Shown: in pieces, positions 59,705-64,000 of the stretch
Position numbering within the stretch: position 1 is the stretch's first letter
Layout of the letters: each line of letters starts with the position of its first letter
Assembly (NCBI GenBank): GCA_000165345.1
Contig: CM000432.1
Location: forward strand, 320,001 to 384,000
Direction of reading: 5' to 3'
Length of the DNA: 64,000 nt
Notes under the pieces: generated by a model
Databases searched by the model: none
Told to the model about the DNA's origin: nothing
What the model saw: only the letters and a program-made list of their open reading frames with translations
Translations under genes and position numbers: made by a program

Positions 59705-59723
59705 GTGGCGCCAAAAAACCCGC
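59705..59723. promoter_or_regulatory. E2F-like box GTGGCGCCAAAAAACCCGC in the divergent promoter (JPT-like gene / BRX1)
   Basis: Lies between the gene starts at 59371 (-) and 60394 (+). Confidence 0.5.
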
Positions 59724-60393
59724 TTTAGTTTGAATATTTATAATTATATATATATAAATATATTATACTATTAAAAGACAAATAATGATAAGTAACATCA
59801 ATAACTGCCAAAAATTGATAATTGAAAAATATTTACTAATATAGTAAAAATATTGATAATAGTAGGAAATACGTATATAGATATTATTATTAATATTTAT
59901 TTAAAAAAAAATTAATATTAAATAACTTTGACAGACGAGTTATTATCTGTGTATGTCAAAACACTATAAGAATATTTGTTAAAAAAAAAAAAGAATTATA
60001 TTAATGTACTAATCTAAGATTTTACTAGACTTTTTTTTTAAAAAAAGGAAATAAACAACAGTATTCAAGGTCAAGGGTTTTTTTTTTTTTTTTACTTTTA
60101 AAGAGATTAAGGAAGGTATTTGTTTTTATGTAAGTAATATACTGTAGATATATACTTTTGAATGCAACAGGTTAAAAAGATTTAAAGGTGAAAAAATAAG
60201 ATTTCAAATTTTATACAAGGTAAATAAAGACAAGTTATACTTACATATATAAATGTATATGTACGTATAATTGCAACTATAATCATATTTTCACGTGAAT
60301 TTGGTCAAATAATAATCTTTAAGATAATTAATATTGCAAATATTAAATATTAACAATTTAATAAAAAGTAATACAATAATTTATTAGTAAGGT

Positions 60394-61455
60394 ATGCCAT
60401 CTAAAGACAATAATACAAATATGTCATCATCTTCATCATCCAGAATTGCTAATGCAAGTGAAGATAATGAAATAAAAATGGATATTGAGGAAGGTCATAT
60501 AACTTCTAATAATAATAATAATAATATTAATACCGATCCATATATGATGAAGGGTGCAGAATATCTCAACAAAGAATCAAGATGGAAAAATAAACAAAGA
60601 GTATTAGTATTATCAACAAGAGGAATTAATTTTAGACATCGTCATTTAATGGAAGATATTAAAAAGTTATTACCACATCATAAATCTGAGGTAAAATGGG
60701 AAAAGAAACAACCATTTTCTGAAATCTCTGAAATGAGTGAATTACGTTCTTGTAATAATATTATATTATTAGAAGCAAGAAGACATGAAGAGTTATATAT
60801 GTGGGTAGCAAAATGTCCAAATGGTCCTAGTATAAAATTCCAAATATTAAATATACATACTTTAGGTGAATTAAGACTTGCAGGAAATTCACTTTTAGGT
60901 TCAAGACCATTATTATCTTTTGATTCTGCATTTGAATCTGATAATTATGTTCATAATATTAATTTTTCTCAAGAACAAAAACATTTGAAATTACCATTAA
61001 AATTAATTAAAGATTTATTTATTCAGGTGTTTGGTACTCCAAGATATCATCCAAAAAGTAAACCATTCCATGATCATGTTATTAGTTTTAATTTTCTAGA
61101 TGGTAAGATTTGGTTTAGACATTATCAAATTGCTCCTACAACAGAAAGAGATCATAATAATGTTGATAAGCAGGTATTAATTGAAATTGGTCCAAGGTTT
61201 GTATTGGAGCCAATACTAATATTGGATGGTACTTTTTCTGGTCAAGTTTTATATAGAAATCCTGATTATAAATCACCTACTTTACTTAGAAATATTATTA
61301 AACAAGGATATTCTTCATCATATTTACAAAGAGTACAAAGTAAACAGAAAAGATCAGACTATAAGGATGATTTGGATTCAAGTTTGATGAATGTACCTGA
61401 GAAGAAGATGCAAATATTAAGAAGTGACAATGTTGATGATTTTCTATTAGAGTAG
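60394..61455 (+). CDS. BRX1: Brix-domain ribosome biogenesis protein BRX1 homolog, 353 aa
   Basis: KQRVLVLSTRGINFRHRHLMEDI..LLEARRHEELYMWVAK.P.GPS.KF...N.HTL.EL...GN.L.GSRP.LSFD..F is the Brix fold pattern. Confidence 0.8.
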   Translation: MPSKDNNTNMSSSSSSRIANASEDNEIKMDIEEGHITSNNNNNNINTDPYMMKGAEYLNKESRWKNKQRVLVLSTRGINFRHRHLMEDIKKLLPHHKSEVKWEKKQPFSEISEMSELRSCNNIILLEARRHEELYMWVAKCPNGPSIKFQILNIHTLGELRLAGNSLLGSRPLLSFDSAFESDNYVHNINFSQEQKHLKLPLKLIKDLFIQVFGTPRYHPKSKPFHDHVISFNFLDGKIWFRHYQIAPTTERDHNNVDKQVLIEIGPRFVLEPILILDGTFSGQVLYRNPDYKSPTLLRNIIKQGYSSSYLQRVQSKQKRSDYKDDLDSSLMNVPEKKMQILRSDNVDDFLLE

Positions 61456-62531
61456 ATATATCAAATAGAGTATGAAATGGAAGAATAATCACTAATATTT
61501 AGTGTATTTAAATCACTTGAGGATGATTTTTCTTCTTTTTTTTTTTCTCTCAAGTACCAGTATAATATACTGAAGATATTATTATTGTTATTATTAATTT
61601 ACATTGATAATCAAAGATAATTAATAACTAATATGGAAGATTATTGGAATTATGAAAAATAGTTGTATTAAAATGATTGTTATTATTATCATTATTTTGC
61701 TAATTATTATCAAATTTTATAATAAATAAAGAATTAAATGTGTATTAACCGAAAGAATCTTTAATACATTAAATTAATAATTTAAAAATTTAATAGGTAT
61801 AAATATATGAATATAACATGGAAATAACAAAGCAAAACAAAGGAAAATCAAACAAAATAACAGAAAGAAATGAAAAATCGTATCCAGGCTATCAATGAGT
61901 CGCAATGTAGCAGACATACACGACTAACTTTTTAAGTTGGTTGTTTATTAGAATATTTATTCTAATATATAAACTATAGGGAAAGTCCCCATGTGAGAGT
62001 AAGAATTCTCTATATGGCTTTAGTTATATAAGAATATACTTACTAATCTAGAGGATCATCATTAATTTGGAGTATCTTTATTTATTTAGATTCTTTAATG
62101 TGAGGTACCTTTCTTATCTATCCTCTTTATTGGATGGATAAAGATAGTGATACTGATATTATAGTGAGAGATTTCTCTTACTATGGAATCTTATATAATT
62201 GATACTGGCAGTCTCATTATTATTGAATGAGTGTAAAATGTGATCGTTAAGTTAATAGCGACTGGTATCTTTTTAAGTAGGATACAACAGAATGGGGCTT
62301 ACACTTGATTTGCTTGGTAATTTTACTTTGATATCCCAATGTTACTATTTTCTTTTTTTTTTTTCTCCTCCCTCTTGTTCTACCTTTATGTAAGTTTAAA
62401 TAGTAGTAATAAATAGTAGATATTAAAGTAATTAAAGATAGAATTTGGAATATTAAAAAGAAAGAGAAATGAAAGTATATATTATAATATAATGGACAAA
62501 ATATACAAATTATATTAATATACAAGTTAAA

Positions 62532-63977
62532 TTAAAGACCAAAAATACGAGTAAAATTTTTAGGTTTTCGACAATTACCAGAATACATATTTGCATGTAA
62601 ATTAATATTATCATCATATATAGATACACCATAGACAACTTGATCAGATATTTGACAATTATTTCCAGAAGAAGGAGTTTGATAAGCACTATTTAGTGTT
62701 TTAGAATAGTAATTATGTGAATGAGAATTGTTTGAAGTATTTGGATGGTATGTATTCGAATGAGTAAATTTTGACTTGGAAGAAATTGAAGAATTAGAAA
62801 TAATATTATTTTCTTCTATTTTCATTCTAGAAGATTGATTATTAAAGTACTTATTGGATGATTTTGTTGTATTGTGATAATTTAAATGATTATTTGTATG
62901 GTTTTTTGGGATAGGATATGATTTTTCTCTATAATAACAACTATCTTTATTGTTATTAGTATTATACTCATGACTTGTAGATTCATATTCTTGATAATTA
63001 TCGTAAATATTATCATCATCATCATCATTATCGTCATCATCATCTAATTCATGATATAAGTTTTCAAATCCTTGACTAGACAATGTAGATATTCTAGATA
63101 TTGATAAAGTGTGATCATGAGTCATATAAGAAGATTTAGATGATTGAATTTTAGGCTTTGGAGATAAATAAAGAATAAATTGTCTAACTTTTGAAATAAG
63201 TTCATCTCTCCAATTAAGTTCAATATTACAATGGTTAGCACCATTTACATACCATGGAGTGTATTTATTAGGAGAAAGCTTATAAAGCATTTCACCATGG
63301 TTAAATGGAATAACAGTATCAGCAGTACCATGAATAACAAATACTGGACATTTAACTTTTTGTATTTTTTCTAAGTTCTTAAATGCATCATACCATGGTA
63401 ATGATTTACTATTAGTATTATTACATATAACAGAGACTGCACTTTTAATACCAGAATGAATAATAATTCCTGCGATATTAATAGAATTATAAGTTGAAGC
63501 AAAATGTATAGTTGGTGCTGATCCAATTGATTGACCATATAAAATTAAGCTAGAAGAAGGTAACTTTAAATGATTAATAGAATAATGAACAATAGTTTTA
63601 ATATTTTCATATAAAGATTCTTCAGAAGTTTTTTTCTTGGATTGTCCATATCCATTGTATTCATAACTAATAATATTAACACAAGCTTTGTGAGAAAAAT
63701 CTAATAAATGACCAAATAAATAACCAATATCTGTGGCATTTGAATGAGAATATATTATAGTAAATTTTGCAGCAGGATTTTTATAATAAAAGAAATCAAT
63801 AGAATTAATAGAAGAAAATTTTACTTGAATTTGACATCTTCCTGGATCAATATTAATTAGATTCTTTTTCATTTCATTTAAAGTAACATATCTTTTTCTA
63901 TGAAAATCAAATAATACAATAGAATTACCACATTTCGAATATTTATAACCTTTAATAATTGGTGGATGAAATGACAT
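62532..63977 (-). CDS. ABHD17-like (FAM108) alpha/beta-hydrolase, 481 aa, with an Asn/Ser-rich C-terminal extension
   Basis: TIIYSHSNATDIGY..; nucleophile elbow LILYGQSIGSAP; VFVIHGTADTVIPFNHGEMLY; poly-Asp (DDDDDNDDDDDN) and low-complexity tail. Confidence 0.8.
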   Translation of the reverse strand: MSFHPPIIKGYKYSKCGNSIVLFDFHRKRYVTLNEMKKNLINIDPGRCQIQVKFSSINSIDFFYYKNPAAKFTIIYSHSNATDIGYLFGHLLDFSHKACVNIISYEYNGYGQSKKKTSEESLYENIKTIVHYSINHLKLPSSSLILYGQSIGSAPTIHFASTYNSINIAGIIIHSGIKSAVSVICNNTNSKSLPWYDAFKNLEKIQKVKCPVFVIHGTADTVIPFNHGEMLYKLSPNKYTPWYVNGANHCNIELNWRDELISKVRQFILYLSPKPKIQSSKSSYMTHDHTLSISRISTLSSQGFENLYHELDDDDDNDDDDDNIYDNYQEYESTSHEYNTNNNKDSCYYREKSYPIPKNHTNNHLNYHNTTKSSNKYFNNQSSRMKIEENNIISNSSISSKSKFTHSNTYHPNTSNNSHSHNYYSKTLNSAYQTPSSGNNCQISDQVVYGVSIYDDNINLHANMYSGNCRKPKNFTRIFGL

Positions 63978-64000
63978 ACTATTAACTAATTGATTTTTTA

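Noticed and set aside
62247-62525. Minus-strand ORF 62247..62525 (92 aa) just downstream of the ABHD17-like stop
   Set aside because: It starts 7 nt after the upstream gene's stop on the same strand and has an AT-driven hydrophobic/poly-Lys composition with no promoter box. This is more likely 3'UTR, but the region is flagged as a finding for transcript evidence.

Overview
This 64 kb window reads as a compact, AT-rich eukaryotic chromosomal segment, not prokaryotic. My best guess is an apicomplexan of the Cryptosporidium type. The reasons are that genes are densely packed on both strands and mostly intron-less, introns are rare, short and start with canonical GTAAGT donors, coding regions carry asparagine-rich low complexity, and almost every promoter gap has a palindromic E2F-like GGCGCC/GGCGGG box, often next to GCATGCA or an ATACCGG core. 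The species cannot be set from sequence alone. I can support 27 protein-coding genes and found no rRNA, tRNA, CRISPR or transposon. The genes, in order, are: an RTF2 replication-termination factor with 3 exons (split in the ORF track); a repeat-rich mucin-like type I membrane glycoprotein; two tandem Gly-zipper membrane proteins, one a DUF726/TMCO4-type alpha/beta hydrolase; a Tah18/NDOR1-like diflavin reductase; a double-bromodomain protein; a RanBP2-zinc-finger + RCC1 protein with an H1-like lysine tail; a C-terminal RING E3; three tandem ABCC-type full ABC transporters (about 15 kb); soluble inorganic pyrophosphatase; an N2227/carnosine-N-methyltransferase-like enzyme; TAP42/alpha4; V-ATPase subunit a; BMS1, whose 5' intron merges two track ORFs; DNA primase small subunit; a cis-prenyltransferase; BRX1; an ABHD17-like hydrolase; and several hypothetical proteins. 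The most notable items: a 3-exon HN1/Jupiter (JPT)-like gene at 58807..59371 on the minus strand, found by eye and absent from the ORF track; asymmetric degeneration of the ATP-binding sites in the ABC triplet; two convergent gene pairs whose stop codons lie 2 nt and 11 nt apart; and promoter-type motifs sitting in a 3'-3' convergent gap.
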